Shown here piece by piece: positions 26,631 through 39,300 of a stretch of DNA of 64,000 nt (positions within the stretch are counted from its first letter, which is position 1; every line of letters begins with the position of its first letter). The notes under the pieces are model-generated. The model saw nothing but the letters and a program-made list of their open reading frames with translations. It was not told the DNA's origin and did not search any database. The stretch covers positions 116,870,001 through 116,934,000 of the forward strand of contig OZ024745.1 in assembly GCA_964016885.1 (NCBI GenBank), read 5' to 3'. Both the position numbers and the translations under genes were made by a program. Origin of the DNA: Eledone cirrhosa. Lineage: Eukaryota.

Positions 26631-26633
<3 letters not shown>
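25677..26633 (-). mobile_element. RTE-clade LINE, 5'-truncated
   Basis: ORF 26055-26633 has FRYLG..ARVRTGWKKFREL..HGSETW..GRPRKTW. 3'UTR and (GAT)n tail lie at about 25677. Confidence 0.92.
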
Positions 26634-26686
<53 letters not shown>

Positions 26687-28094
26687 GTAAAAAGTAAACA
26701 GAAATAACAACACAATTGGTACAGTATATGGAAGGAATATATTAAGTTAACGCTTGAAATAGCAGGAAGAGTCTCTTAACGTTTCGGATTGAAGGAACGG
26801 GTGGGGTGGAATTCGAAAAAATGTTTTAAGATGAAAATAACAGGTCCATTCATGTTGACATCTCTTGGAAAACTGTTGATGCTGGCGTTTTTTGTGTATG
26901 ATTTATTTTTCAGAAACGTGGATGATGGAGCGCGTCTACATATATATTTAATTAATTAAAACAACAGAAGACCGGACTGCAAATATCCCTTTAAAATTTT
27001 TATGTTGTAAAATGCTCTATGGCTTGGTTATGTAAGGCCCTGCAACATCATTAGGTTTGAATTACATAATTAGTTAATCAATAAAAGGAATTATGGCAAA
27101 CACTAACCGATAGTAGAGAATGTATTTTATTCAGAAATGGCCCATAAAATCAGAGTTATTTTTGCGGCTGTGCATCTCTGAATAACACACTCGTCAATGC
27201 TAAGCATTGTGGGTTTGGTAGTCACGACCAAAGGGTTGGGCATTGTGGGGTAGCGACAGAAACTCAGCTGTTCATAGATAATGCCACACTGTTAATGAAA
27301 ACCAAATGGTCAGCTGCTACAAAAATTAGTGGTACTAAACTCTGCGTCATTAGACCCTAGCCGAAATTCAGGGTAATGTGGCGGTAAAAAAAAATGAACG
27401 ATATGTGCTAAAAGCATCTTAGAAGATTATAAAATGTTATAAGAAGTAGGATTGAATGTCGCGTTAAATAAGTAAATAAAAATTAATTACAAAAAATACA
27501 TTAAGAAAACATTAAGAAAAAAATATAAATATTATATAGAAATTATAATAACAATGTCAGTGGTTCGTTAAAAATAATTGATTGAAAGGTAAGTAGTTCA
27601 CACTGTGAGTGTTTCTATTGGGAAAGAAAAGGAAATGTGGTGTCCCTGTGAGATGGAAGTAATGATGTGATTAATTCCAAGCACTCAATGAAGGGAAACA
27701 CATTTTGGTGTCTTATGTGTAGCTCAGATGAGAGGGTCTGTCAGTGGTGTAACATATACCAGATAATTTTAATAACTTTGCCTTTCATCCTTACGTGGTT
27801 GATAAAATAAAGTACCAGTAATGCACTGGGTAATTGTGGCCTTGTGCCAAAAGTAGAAACAGTTAATGGTAATGGTGATAAAATTACAGGGGTGGGGGAT
27901 AAAAATAAAAATTTATATAGTTAGAGATAAAATTGAAATCAAAATAAAATAAAATTAAAATTCAATTAAATTCAATTAAATCTGTACCTAGTATCGTATG
28001 TATCGTATATCAGATAACGTATCGAATATAATTATATACTATAAAATATGAAAATATAAAAAACTAAGATGTAGATTAAGGTTAAATTTCACAA

Positions 28095-28822
28095 TGTTTA
28101 GTATGTCCCCAGTGTAGTATGTCCTGCCGTAGTATGTCCCCAGTGTAGTATGTCCTGCCGTAGTATGTCCCCAGTGTAGTATGTCCTAGTCTAGTATGTC
28201 CTACCAGAGTATGACCTACTGTAGTATGTCCTACTGTAGTATGTCCTAGTTTAGTAGGACCCTAGTGTAGTATGTCCCCAGTTTAGTATGTCCTAGCATA
28301 GTACGTCCTAGTGTAGTATGTCCCTAGCATAGTATGTCCTAGTGTAGTATGTCCTAGTGTAGTATGTCCCCAGTGTAGTATATCCTACTGTAGTATGTCC
28401 TACTGTAGTATGTCCTACTGTAGCATGTCCTACTGTAGTATGTCCTACTCTAGCATGTCCTACTGTAGTATGTCATACTGTAGTACTTCCCCAGTGTAGT
28501 ATGTCCTAGTGTACTATATCCTAGTGTAGTATGTCCCCAGTGTAGTATGTCCTACTGTAGTATGTCCTACTGTAGTATGTCCTACTGTAGCATGTCCTAC
28601 TGTAGTATGTCATACTGTAGTACTTCCCCAGTGTAGTATGTCCTAGTGTACTATGTCCCCAGTGTAGTATGTCCTAGTGTACTATGTCCCCAGTGTAGTA
28701 TGTCATACTGTACTATTTCCCTACTGTACTATGTCCTAGTGTAGTATGTCATACTGCAGTATGTCCTAGTGCAGTATGTCCTACTGTAGTATGTCCCCAC
28801 TGTAGTATGTCCTACTGTAGTA
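28095..28822. repeat. Minisatellite with 15-16 bp unit (tagtatgtcctactg / tagtatgtccccagtg), about 47 copies
   Basis: Directly visible. Confidence 0.95.
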
Positions 28823-30417
28823 ATGTACTGGGTATTTGCTGGCCTTGTGCCTAAAGTAGAAACAATTATTTTACGAATTTATTCATCTATTTTCTAATTC
28901 TACTTTTTATTTTGTTGTTTACCATTTACCTGCTGTGTCAGCACTTTTTAATGTCAACATTTCATTAAATATTTTTCATTTTCCATAAACATTTTATAAC
29001 CACACACACACACACACACACACACACTCTCTCTCTCTCCCTCTCACACACACACACACAGTCTCACAGACATACACATTCAGATGCACACAGAAACACA
29101 CATATGTGTATAATGGTGTATGTTATTGAATTAATTTATCTCAACCACAATTTGTGTTAAGGGCGATAGCAGGAAATTTAAATTGTTAGACTTCTTAACT
29201 ATCCACTTTAGATACAATTTACCTTTAAACTAGCTGTAAACTTTAGATTATTACTAAGTTAATTTAATCGATCTACTCATGATTAATTACACTCAAAGGA
29301 GCATAATCCGGATAAATGTGAACTCAAATATTTTAATTTGATTTCTGATATAATTTAAAGAAAGTAGTATATGCACGAGATTAGTGAACAGGAAATGTAC
29401 TCAAGATATGGTATGGTCCCATAACTCCTGGCAGAGTCGCAGGGGTGCTGTATTGACATACGGTATTTCTTGGACATTTTAAGCCTGGCGGAGCCCGTCC
29501 CTCTCTAAGCCTACTCAAGATATAAACTCACTCAAATGTTCAGAAATCTCACTAAAATGGTAGAAACCTTTTCCTGTCTAGATCAGAGGTTCTCAAACAT
29601 CCCCCCCCCCCTCACGGCAACGTATTACCCTCACCGCCCCAACCCTATTGCTAGAGAAACCTGTCTGCACACAAATTGTTAATAATATATAATAAATAAA
29701 ATCGTTAATTTATATATAATATATACTATGTATAAATATTATATATTTGTTATTTTAATATATTTATATATAACATGCCCCAGCATGGCCTCAACCGGAT
29801 GGCTGGAACAGGTAAAAGACTAAAAGAGTAATTTGACATTTAATATACTATTATATAATATATATACAATACTATAATGATATTATAAATAATAAATTCA
29901 TAGTGTCTCCCCACTACTCCCTTAGTCCCCCCTAGACTTTCGCCCCCCCCCCCCCCCCCCCCCCCCGAGATGGATCTACTGGAAATGTTGTAGCAAGAGT
30001 GAGAATGAAGTAGAAGTCCAGAGAGCTGTTATCTCTGCTTGCAATAAAAAGCTATTTTCTCTTGGAAGGGCAGACTATATGAACTCCATGCTTCATGGCA
30101 GTGATACACGAGTCTTGGTTACAGAAGATTGGTGGCGGTGGAAAAGAAATGAAGCAAACGTACTCTGCTGATTGTGTAATGTTAGTATGCAAGAACCACA
30201 GAAGAGAGTTGAAGTAAGAGATAAGTATGATACATAATGAATGTGTAAGAGAGACGATTATATTGGTGTTGACAAAAAGTGGATGGACGAAGTTGTGAAG
30301 CGGGAGCTCGAGAAACTAAACCTGATAAAGGAGATGACTCAGGGTCAAGCTGTCAATATGTCATAATACAAAGGACTCATCCACCAGCACAACTACTGCC
30401 ACACTAAAAGTATATAT

Positions 30418-30710
30418 CAGTCACGGGCAACCTGCAACCCGCGAAGCTTTCTGAATGGCTCGCCTAAGTCACCTAGGTGAAATCTTTCTCCTTTTTTTAC
30501 CCAAACTTTTCAGTCGCAATTTATCTTTCTATCATTTTTACGAACAAGGAAAACAACGCGTACGAATTCTGAAGATACAGGTCAAAACAGTCTGAGTTAC
30601 CACCCTTTTTTTTTAAATGTGCGCACGAATGTAAATTAGCGCTTGTGACCCGCCTGATGATGAGCGATATCTCATGCGGCCCACGTCTCGGAAAAGGTTG
30701 CCCATGCCTG
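30418..30710. mobile_element. hAT-type MITE
   Basis: TIRs cagtcacgggcaacct / aggttgcccatgcctg. 8-bp TSD gtatatat / gtatacat with one mismatch. Confidence 0.8.
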
Positions 30711-31789
30711 GTATACATGGTGAGAGACTGTAGTATATTGTGTTTGACAATAGAACGGAGAAAATATAGGGTTTGAGAGGACTGTTCAGTCTAGCCAAGC
30801 ATGTGATGATCTCTGCAGTGTTGGTGTCACGATAACATGCACCAGTGTACCCTTCAAAGTATTAGTGTGTGCCACAGTAAAATGCACCCAGTCCACTTTG
30901 TAAAGTGCTAGTGTTGGTGCCATGAACAACACACCCAGTACAATGTGTAAGGTGATTTGTGTTAGGAAGGGAATCCAGCCGGAGAAAATAGGCCAAATAT
31001 GGAACATAATGAGCCATACCTACATGGAAAGTGTGCATAAAATAATGATGATAATGCTGCTACTGATGATGATGATATGAATCCTTGAAATGGGACATAC
31101 ACTTTGAATTAACTAGATGTAAAGTATAATTTGACAAATACTTATTACTAACGTCACTACACCAAGCTATTTCAATTTTAATTTAACTTGACAGAGTCCT
31201 TTAACCATCATCATCATCATCACCATCATCATCCTGCGGCTTCAGTCGAAATGGACTCAACAATTGATCTCCACGTGGGTCTGTCGTTCATTGCTGTTGC
31301 CAAGTCCTGGATTTCAATACCAGAATCTCTGGAGATAACATCGGGGTAGGAGAGCTTGCGCTCCCTGTAATTAATGACTGCTTCTGGTTTCCAAAGCGCT
31401 AATGGGAACAGAGCCTCGTAGGTGGCACGATGGCAGTGGCCAGCAAGTCTTACTTTTCTTTTACGTATAACGACAGATATGTGTGCGAGGCCAGTATATA
31501 TCTCTCAAAGGCAGATGTCACCAGTTTATGTTCTGCATGCATTGAAGCAGGCGAGTGTAAGTGCCATCAAGGTGCTTTTGTTGTTTGGATGAAAGCGTCC
31601 ATGTTTCACTTCCATATCGCAAAATTGGTTGAATTGTTACTTGCATAGTATCTATGCAAATACAGTTTTTTTTAAATATATTTTATAAGGAGATTGCAGG
31701 AGCATGAATCTCACGTGATGTACTTCCAACGAGATCACAGTTATATATTTTGGTAAGTTAAGTTACAATATGTTAAATCTATTACAAAA

Positions 31790-32200
31790 TTTCCCAATTA
31801 CATTAGGATTTTTTCTCAATGTACTTTCAAGGCTCCTGGAATGAAACGTGTAGTGTGAAGACCAGACAAGAGAACTAATTAGATCCTTTTAACACCAAAT
31901 GCCTACACAGAATCCTTGGCATCAGGTAGGATGTCTTCAACAACAACAAAGAAGTTTGTCAATGAACCAACCAACAACGTGTATCCAACATCATGTACAA
32001 GCATTGACGTCACACAACACCAAATGGGAGACATGATAAGTAAGTCCTGTATTGATACTCCTCCACGGAAAGAGGATGAAGATGTCCCAAGCTGAACTGG
32101 TGGCAGACAAAAGTTAGAACGATGTATTGATAAATACAACTGTAATAATTGGACCAATTTAGCTGCCCCATGCCCCTTACGACTGGTTTGTCAGAGGTTA
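31790..32200 (+). mobile_element. RTE-like LINE fragment, degraded
   Basis: FNTKCL.RILGI..NKEV-like and RG.PKL.W-like motifs. Confidence 0.55.
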
Positions 32201-32318
32201 TGGTTTATTTTGGTGGTTGGCTGTAGGTTAGATCTTTATGATTAAGGAATTGTTCCATGTTGTTTCACTGGGTATGTGGAGCATAGCTAATTACACAATA
32301 GGATCATAGATAATAATT

Positions 32319-32502
32319 GTTTCTACTTTAGGCACAAGGCCAGCAATTATCCAGTGCATTACTGGTACTTTATTTTATCGACCCCGTAAGGATGAAAGGC
32401 AAAGTCAACCTCGGCGGGATTTGAACTCAGCTCGTAAAGAGACGTAACTATGCTGGAAAGCATGGCGTCCGACCCTCTACCGATACTGCCAATCTACCAC
32501 CT
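32319..32502 (-). mobile_element. SINE family A with 17-bp TSD
   Basis: TSD gatcatagataataatt at 32302-32318 and 32503-32519. Meta-like core on the minus strand. Confidence 0.9.
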
Positions 32503-32867
32503 GATCATAGATAATAATTATTATATAGAAACTATGTAATATGATGGTGCAGCTTGATGATGTCCGTCTTCCTCATACCAGTGATTTCTGTGGGTCAGTG
32601 ATTGGTATACCAGGAGGTAGAGACATAGTTGGAAGAAGGTGCATGATTTAGCTCATCTCTGAGCAGCAATCTTCGGGTGTCTAAGGTCAGGTGTAGGTGT
32701 ATGGTGTACGTTTGCATGGGGTTAAGGCCAGCTTTGATTTAATCTGAATGCATTTAAATTCAGAGTATGGCTTTCAGAATACAGATTCATACATACTACA
32801 TAGACACGCTGACACACACACACTTACAAACACACACATACGCACACACACATATCTATATGTATAC

Positions 32868-32951
<84 letters not shown>

Positions 32952-33113
32952 AAATTTCGCTCTACATGGCTGAATACAATAAATGTAATCTGAGTTTTTC
33001 GAATATTAATAATAACATTCGATTCGTTTGCAATTATGCAAACAAGCCTCAGTGTTAAAGCCATGTCAGTAGAATGAACCCTTCATTCTTGCTCTTCTGT
33101 TGGTATGCGAAAG

Positions 33114-33163
33114 GAACTGCAGACACTAATGTTTCTGAGTATCACCCTTCATCAGTACAGCTC
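33114..33163 (-). ncRNA. Minimal type I hammerhead ribozyme
   Basis: GAGCUGUA-CUGAUGA-A-GGGU(GAU)ACUC-A-GAAA-CAUUAGUG-UC-UGCAGUUC. Stem I is 8 bp and the cleavage triplet is GUC. Confidence 0.85.
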
Positions 33164-33441
33164 ACTGTTCACCTGCCAAACTCTCAGAGCTAGTGAAAAT
33201 ATATGCTATTTTCAAAAATAAACAGTGACTAATCGGCCTGATTTGCATATTAGCAGACGGGCTGATCAGTCAGATCTGCATATTAGCAGATCCACTGATC
33301 AGCCAGATTTGCATATCAGCAGACTGGCCAGTCAGTTTCCTGTATACGAGCGATAAATGGCCGGCTTTGCCAAATTCAAATAAAAAAGAAAATTTCGCTG
33401 TACATGGCTGAATACAATAAATGTAATCTCAGGTGAACAGT

Positions 33442-33491
33442 GAGCTGTACTGATGAAGGGTGACACCCAGAAACATTAGTGTCTGCAGTTC
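33442..33491 (+). ncRNA. Minimal type I hammerhead ribozyme
   Basis: GAGCUGUA-CUGAUGA-A-GGGU(GAC)ACCC-A-GAAA-CAUUAGUG-UC-UGCAGUUC. Predicted cleavage after C33483. Confidence 0.88.
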
Positions 33492-33615
33492 CTTTCGCAT
33501 ACCAACAGAAGAGCAAGAATGAAGGGTTCATTCTACTGATATGGCTATAAAATTGAGGCTTGTTTGCATAATTGCAAACGAATCGAATGTTATTATTAAT
33601 ATTCGAAAAACTCAG

Positions 33616-33915
<300 letters not shown>

Positions 33916-33967
33916 TTAACTCCCAAGCTGAGAATCATTCGGCTTCCTAAATAGAATATTAGATGTG

Positions 33968-34110
33968 GAGACACATGGCTTAGTTGTTAGAGCATTGGTC
34001 TTGCAATCGAAAGGTTGTGAGTTCAATTCTCAGACCAGGTGGTGTGTTGTTTCCTTGAGCAAGACACTTTATTTCACATTGCTCCAGTTTCCTCAGCTGT
34101 AGAAATGAGA
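33968..34110 (+). mobile_element. tRNA-derived SINE family B
   Basis: A/B boxes followed by ttccttgagcaagacactttatttcac. Confidence 0.8.
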
Positions 34111-34823
34111 TGATAGGGACTGGGGTCCATATCATTCCACTGCAAAGTGGTTGTGGAGGTGCCACGGCAAAAAAGCACCCAGCACTCACTGTAAATGAGG
34201 TTGGTGTTAGGAAGAGCATCCAGCTGTAGAAATCAAGCCAAGCAGGGAAAAGGCGGACGTAAAATGAAATGATGATGAATGATTATATATATATATATAT
34301 ATATATTTTAATAGTGTTTATTTTATTGCCATTAGAACCTTTATCATGGCAAAAATTATGCATTTTCAATTGGCAAAAGCTTGTCACAGTATTCGTTCAT
34401 ATGTGTTTTAAATCTATGTAAGTATCCATGACATTCAGTTGTGTTTGTGTTTGGTGTTACATGAGAATCATTGTGTACAATCTTGGCAGCTTGGTCAACA
34501 ATTCTCTTTGTTTACCAAGCAGAACACTTCAGACACAGCAAGTCATCTCCTAGTATATAACATGTCGTACTGCCAACAGAAAATTGTCTGTTTGTACATC
34601 AGGCAATATACCAAGAATGGAAACAAAAGATGGCAGATGTAGATCTTGTGGTTGTGTGTTGAGGACAGGGGGAGGGGATCTTACCACAAATTGAACTTGC
34701 AAACAACCATGTTAAGCAGTATTTTACTAGTCTCATCTTTTTACCTCTATTTACGTCTTTATTTATATGAATAGAAGCCAATAAAAGAGGCTCCTCTGCA
34801 ATCAGTCGATCTTCCAGAGATTT

Positions 34824-35431
34824 CCCTTAAACTATGTTCTACCAAACAGGAGGCCTTGTTGTATATCTAAATGTCCCTTAAACCCTGTTCTACCAAACAG
34901 GAGGCCATGTTGTATATCTAAATATCCCTTAAACCCTGTTCTACCAAACAGGAGGCCATGTTGTATATCTAAATATCCCTTAAACTATGTTCTACCAAAC
35001 AGGAGGCCTTGTTGTATATCTAAATGTCCCTTAAACCCTGTTCTACCAAACAGGAGGCCATGTTGTATATCTAAATATCCCTTAAACTATGTTCTACCAA
35101 ACAGGAGGCCATGTTGTATATCTAAATGTCCCTTAAACCCTGTTCTACCAAACAGGAGGCCATGTTGTATATCTAAATATCCCTTAAACTATGTTCTACC
35201 AAACAGGAGGCCATGTTGTATATCTAAATGTCCCTTAAACTATGTTCTACCAAACAGGAGGCCATGTTGTATATCTAAATGTCCCTTAAACTATGTTCTA
35301 CCAAACAGGAGGCCATGTTATATATCTGAATGTCCCTTAAACCCTGTTCTACCAAACAGGAAGCCATGTTATATATCTGAATGTCCCTTAAACCCTGTTC
35401 TACCAAACAGGAAGCCATGTTGTATATCTGA
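34824..35431. repeat. 51-bp minisatellite, about 12 copies
   Basis: Unit cccttaaactatgttctaccaaacaggaggccatgttgtatatctaaatgt, starting at 34824, 34875 and so on. Confidence 0.95.
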
Positions 35432-35520
35432 AGGAGTGCAGGGTGTTTGATTACAGGTCTGCTTGATCAGAGCTGACACAGGTAAATAATATAATCATTC
35501 ATAAATATAAGTATATATAC

Positions 35521-35603
<83 letters not shown>

Positions 35604-35605
<2 letters not shown>

Positions 35606-35810
35606 GGCGCGTGGCTGAGTGGTTAGAGAACTGGACTCGCAATTGTGAGGTTGTGAGTTCGATTCCCTGACCAGGCAATGTGCTATGTCCTTGGGCAAGA
35701 CACTTTATTTCACGTTGCTCCTTCTACCTGGAGTTGCGACCGATAGATAGTATTAGCAATTGGAAAGACCAATAGAAACATTGTTTCCTTGGTCCGATTT
35801 AACAAAAGTA
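35604..35810 (+). mobile_element. tRNA-derived SINE family B
   Basis: Near-identical to 18655-18872. Preceded by (TG)n at 35526-35603. Confidence 0.85.
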
Positions 35811-37200
35811 TATAAATTTCAACGTCTGTATCAAAAAGGAGTATTGTGTCTGGTGGGGTAGAACATGGCAGGGCGGTGTGTTGGTAGAATCCTTAGAGCA
35901 TTAGATAAAATATTTGCGGGATAGAGTTACGGCCCTTTACGTTCTGTATTCAAATACCGCCGAGGTTAGCTTTGCCCTTCATCAACTTTCCCCTCCCCCA
36001 AAACTTGTTGGCCTTGTGCCTAAATCAGAAACCATTATTATAAAGATGGTGGTCAATTGGATGGTGATCGAATGGATTGGCAGATTGGATCAATGTGATT
36101 TATTAAATACCTTGTGGTATTTGATTATCCCTTTTAATAAATGTTCTGCATTCAAATCCTGCTGGGTCAAACTTACCTTTAATCATTTCAAGGTTGATAA
36201 ATATTAGAGTCAATGAAATTGAACCCGCTGTCCTCCAAAATCTGTCGCTAATCCTACAAATCAATTTATTTTTAGTAATATGGATAAACTTTAGTTCTTT
36301 AGTTGGTAGATGGGCAGAAAGACAGACTGATGAGAATTTGATAACCAAACTTCTAAAGTGTAGATGGCTGACTCAGTATAGTGCTCAATGAGTACTCTCG
36401 GGTCTCAAATAATCTTCACCACCACCCCGCTTATTAACTTTTCAGATTGTTTTACCCCTCCCACCCTGGTCTTATTCCAAACCCACCACCTCCCACCCAC
36501 TTATAAAATATTATTTTAAGTGGTTGCATTCCTGTGACAATTAATTTTCTTTAGACATTAAAAAACATTATACATGACAAAAAAAAACATTACAAGAAAT
36601 TCCATTCGTTATAAAATAAATAGGATGGGTTGGGGTCTCAATATGTAAACTAAACGACTAATTTTTTTTTTTTTTAATCAAGGGAGAGAAGCGAGCAAAA
36701 TTACCGATTTTCTAAGGCATAATACTAGAGTGTCTTCTTCAGAATCACAGGTGAAGTTGAACTCAGAACTACAAAGTTTGTTGCTGCAGGGAAGTTATTC
36801 CTATTCTGCAGTAGTTTGAACTGAGATATTCTAAAGTCAAGTGTCATGGTCAAACCCACAAGCAGTGTTGATAGCAGAATATGGACTGTAGTTATTTCTA
36901 TTAATTGTCCAGTACTATATTATCTTGTTAATGTTCCTTCTCCTGTGTTTATATATACATGTGTGTGTGTGTTTTGATATCAGAAATAATTATTAAACAT
37001 TCTTGGAATCATTCAGTAAAGTGGTTCAATTAATTATTAAACGAAGGATATTTTATAAGGATAAAGTAACACAAATCCATATCTTACACCTTATACATCT
37101 TAATATACAAGAGAGCATTTGTAAGTTGACACATTCAATATTTGTCAGTAAATCCAATGGTAATGGACTTCTTTTTGGCATTATAATTACTGACAACAAG

Positions 37201-37528
37201 GGTGGTGGATTGGCAGTATCGGTAGAGGGTCAGACCCCATGCCTTGCAGCATAGAGTTACGCCCTTTTATGTTCTGAGTTCAAATCCCACTGAGGTTAAC
37301 TTTGTCTTTCATCCTTACAGGGTCGATAAAATAAAGTAGTAGTAGTGCACTGAGATAATTGCTGGCCTTGTGCCAAAAGTAGAAACAATTATTATTACTG
37401 ACAACAAAACTTTGTCTTTCATCCTTACAGGGTCGATAAAATAAAGTACCAGTCACGCATTGGAGTCAATTTAATCGACTTTCCCCTCTCCCAAAATTGT
37501 TGGCCTTGTACCTAAATCAGAAACCATT
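37201..37528 (+). mobile_element. SINE family A, full copy plus a second 5'-truncated copy at the same target
   Basis: Target sequence attactgacaacaa occurs at 37186, 37394 and 37529. Confidence 0.85.
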
Positions 37529-39267
37529 ATTACTGACAACAAGGAACAGAAAGCAAAGTCTTTCTTTATTCAACGGATTAAGGAGTATTATTGAATTTAA
37601 GCAAATCAAATTAGGTACATGCCGCATACAGCGTAGACTCTTCAGTATTTACATAAAGCCGCGTGTTATCTGAGAAACAATTTTTTATTATCCTTCATTT
37701 GCCTCACTATGGCTGATTAGTGACAAAGAATTATGAATTACTGTTGTGAGAAATTCTGGTTACAAAACCTTATCGAATTAAGAAACAAGATAATGATGTA
37801 CCTGAAAAATTCACTGTCAGAAGAGAGATGGAGTATGGATAGAAATAAAAAGAGAAAGAATGTAGAAACTAAAGTAATTTCCAATGATTTACAGCAATAT
37901 TTAACTTACTCTGCTTCATTAATCTGATGTCATATAAGAGGTTTAAAACATGCAATGTTGAACATTATAATGCTGACTATTGTTTAGTTAAATAAATACC
38001 ATAATTAGATGGCAGTATTCAATGAAATTTGTAAATAGTGCAGAAAATGGGAAATGAATAGAAATAGATTTGATGTATATTAGGAGCACATGCTGTATAT
38101 GCACATAAATATTAACTTCATTTTTTTCCTTAGACTTCTCACTCCAATGCATATAAACCAAATCTTTTCCACCAAAAAAGATTAAATAGTTTTGTATATA
38201 ATATATTTCTAATCAGTAAGAAATATAATTTTTTTTAAATCCAAATAAACTGAGAGATCAATTCAGCTATAAATCTTATTATATTTGGAGTCTGTTGATT
38301 TATGTTTGACAGTATTCCAGTCAAAAGTTTCTCTAACAAGGTGAAATTGATCTTTATGGCATTCACAGTGAGAAAATTATTGTTATAAATTATGGGTTTA
38401 TTTTCTTGTCTGTCTTCTATTCAAACTGATTTCTCAATTGGTAATATATGATAGCTATCTTATGATTCTTTGACCATTAAAGTTCGCTGGTTCTCTTATA
38501 GTATCATATTGTAAAGTTATAACCATCTAGCAGCACTTCATCTCTATCTTAAAATATGACTGGAATGTAGCCTGAATCTCATAAGCCAACCAGTTGACAT
38601 TGCAACCCACTTTCACACTGAACTTCATGCTTAATATTATATTACTCATGATTTAGTGCCAATCAGTGGTAACACAATATAAATGTCGCACAAGAGCAGA
38701 AAGTAAAAATGGAAGAGAAAATGAATTGAAAGAGAAGAAAATAAAGTTAAAGAAACCAGAAAAACAAATTTAACATTGCAAAGAAACAAGACTGAAACTA
38801 AGGTTGTAAATATTACAGATTTTGGAAGTGATTTGAAATGAAAATATCAGAAGATAACAAGTTGAAATACTCTCATAGTTGTAACCATGATTGAAATAAG
38901 GTCATTTATCACACAGTTACCTTCATTTCAATTTGGAGCGTTACTGCACTAGTTCTTCACTCCATTGTATGTACCGTTTTGTAATTCGCTTAATTACATT
39001 CCTGTGGTGTATATGGATTTAGAATTCAGCTATCTTCAACCTGGCGTCTCTTTATCATTCAAAAATCAAAAAGTAGCAAGTCACTGAGTCAGTTTTTTTT
39101 AAATTAATAAACAATCAAATGAAAGCAATGTTTCTCTACATTCATAATTCAACTAACTTTCTAGTTACTACCACTGTAAACTTAAAAACGTGACATTTTG
39201 ATTATAATTTATATCCTTTTTTAAAGATATATTAAATTTCATACGTGGCATTCTATAATAGTTATTA

Positions 39268-39300
39268 CTAGCAGAATGGCCCGGCGTTACTCGGGATTCT
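39268..39300 (-). mobile_element. Helitron 3' terminus (5' extent not determined)
   Basis: Minus strand has the hairpin cccgagtaacgccggg followed by CTAG|t. Same motif as at 22172. Confidence 0.65.

Noticed and set aside
29583-29966. hAT/Charlie-like left end cagaggttctcaaac
   Set aside because: No matching right TIR or TSD was found, and the region ends in a poly-C run that may be an error.
35604-35680. tRNA gene candidates at SINE heads (also 15720, 18655, 33968, 47490)
   Set aside because: A and B boxes are present, but they continue into a shared SINE body and lack a convincing cloverleaf.
38526-38550. miR-15/16-like seed tagcagcac
   Set aside because: No complementary arm forming a precursor hairpin was seen, so it is likely a chance match.
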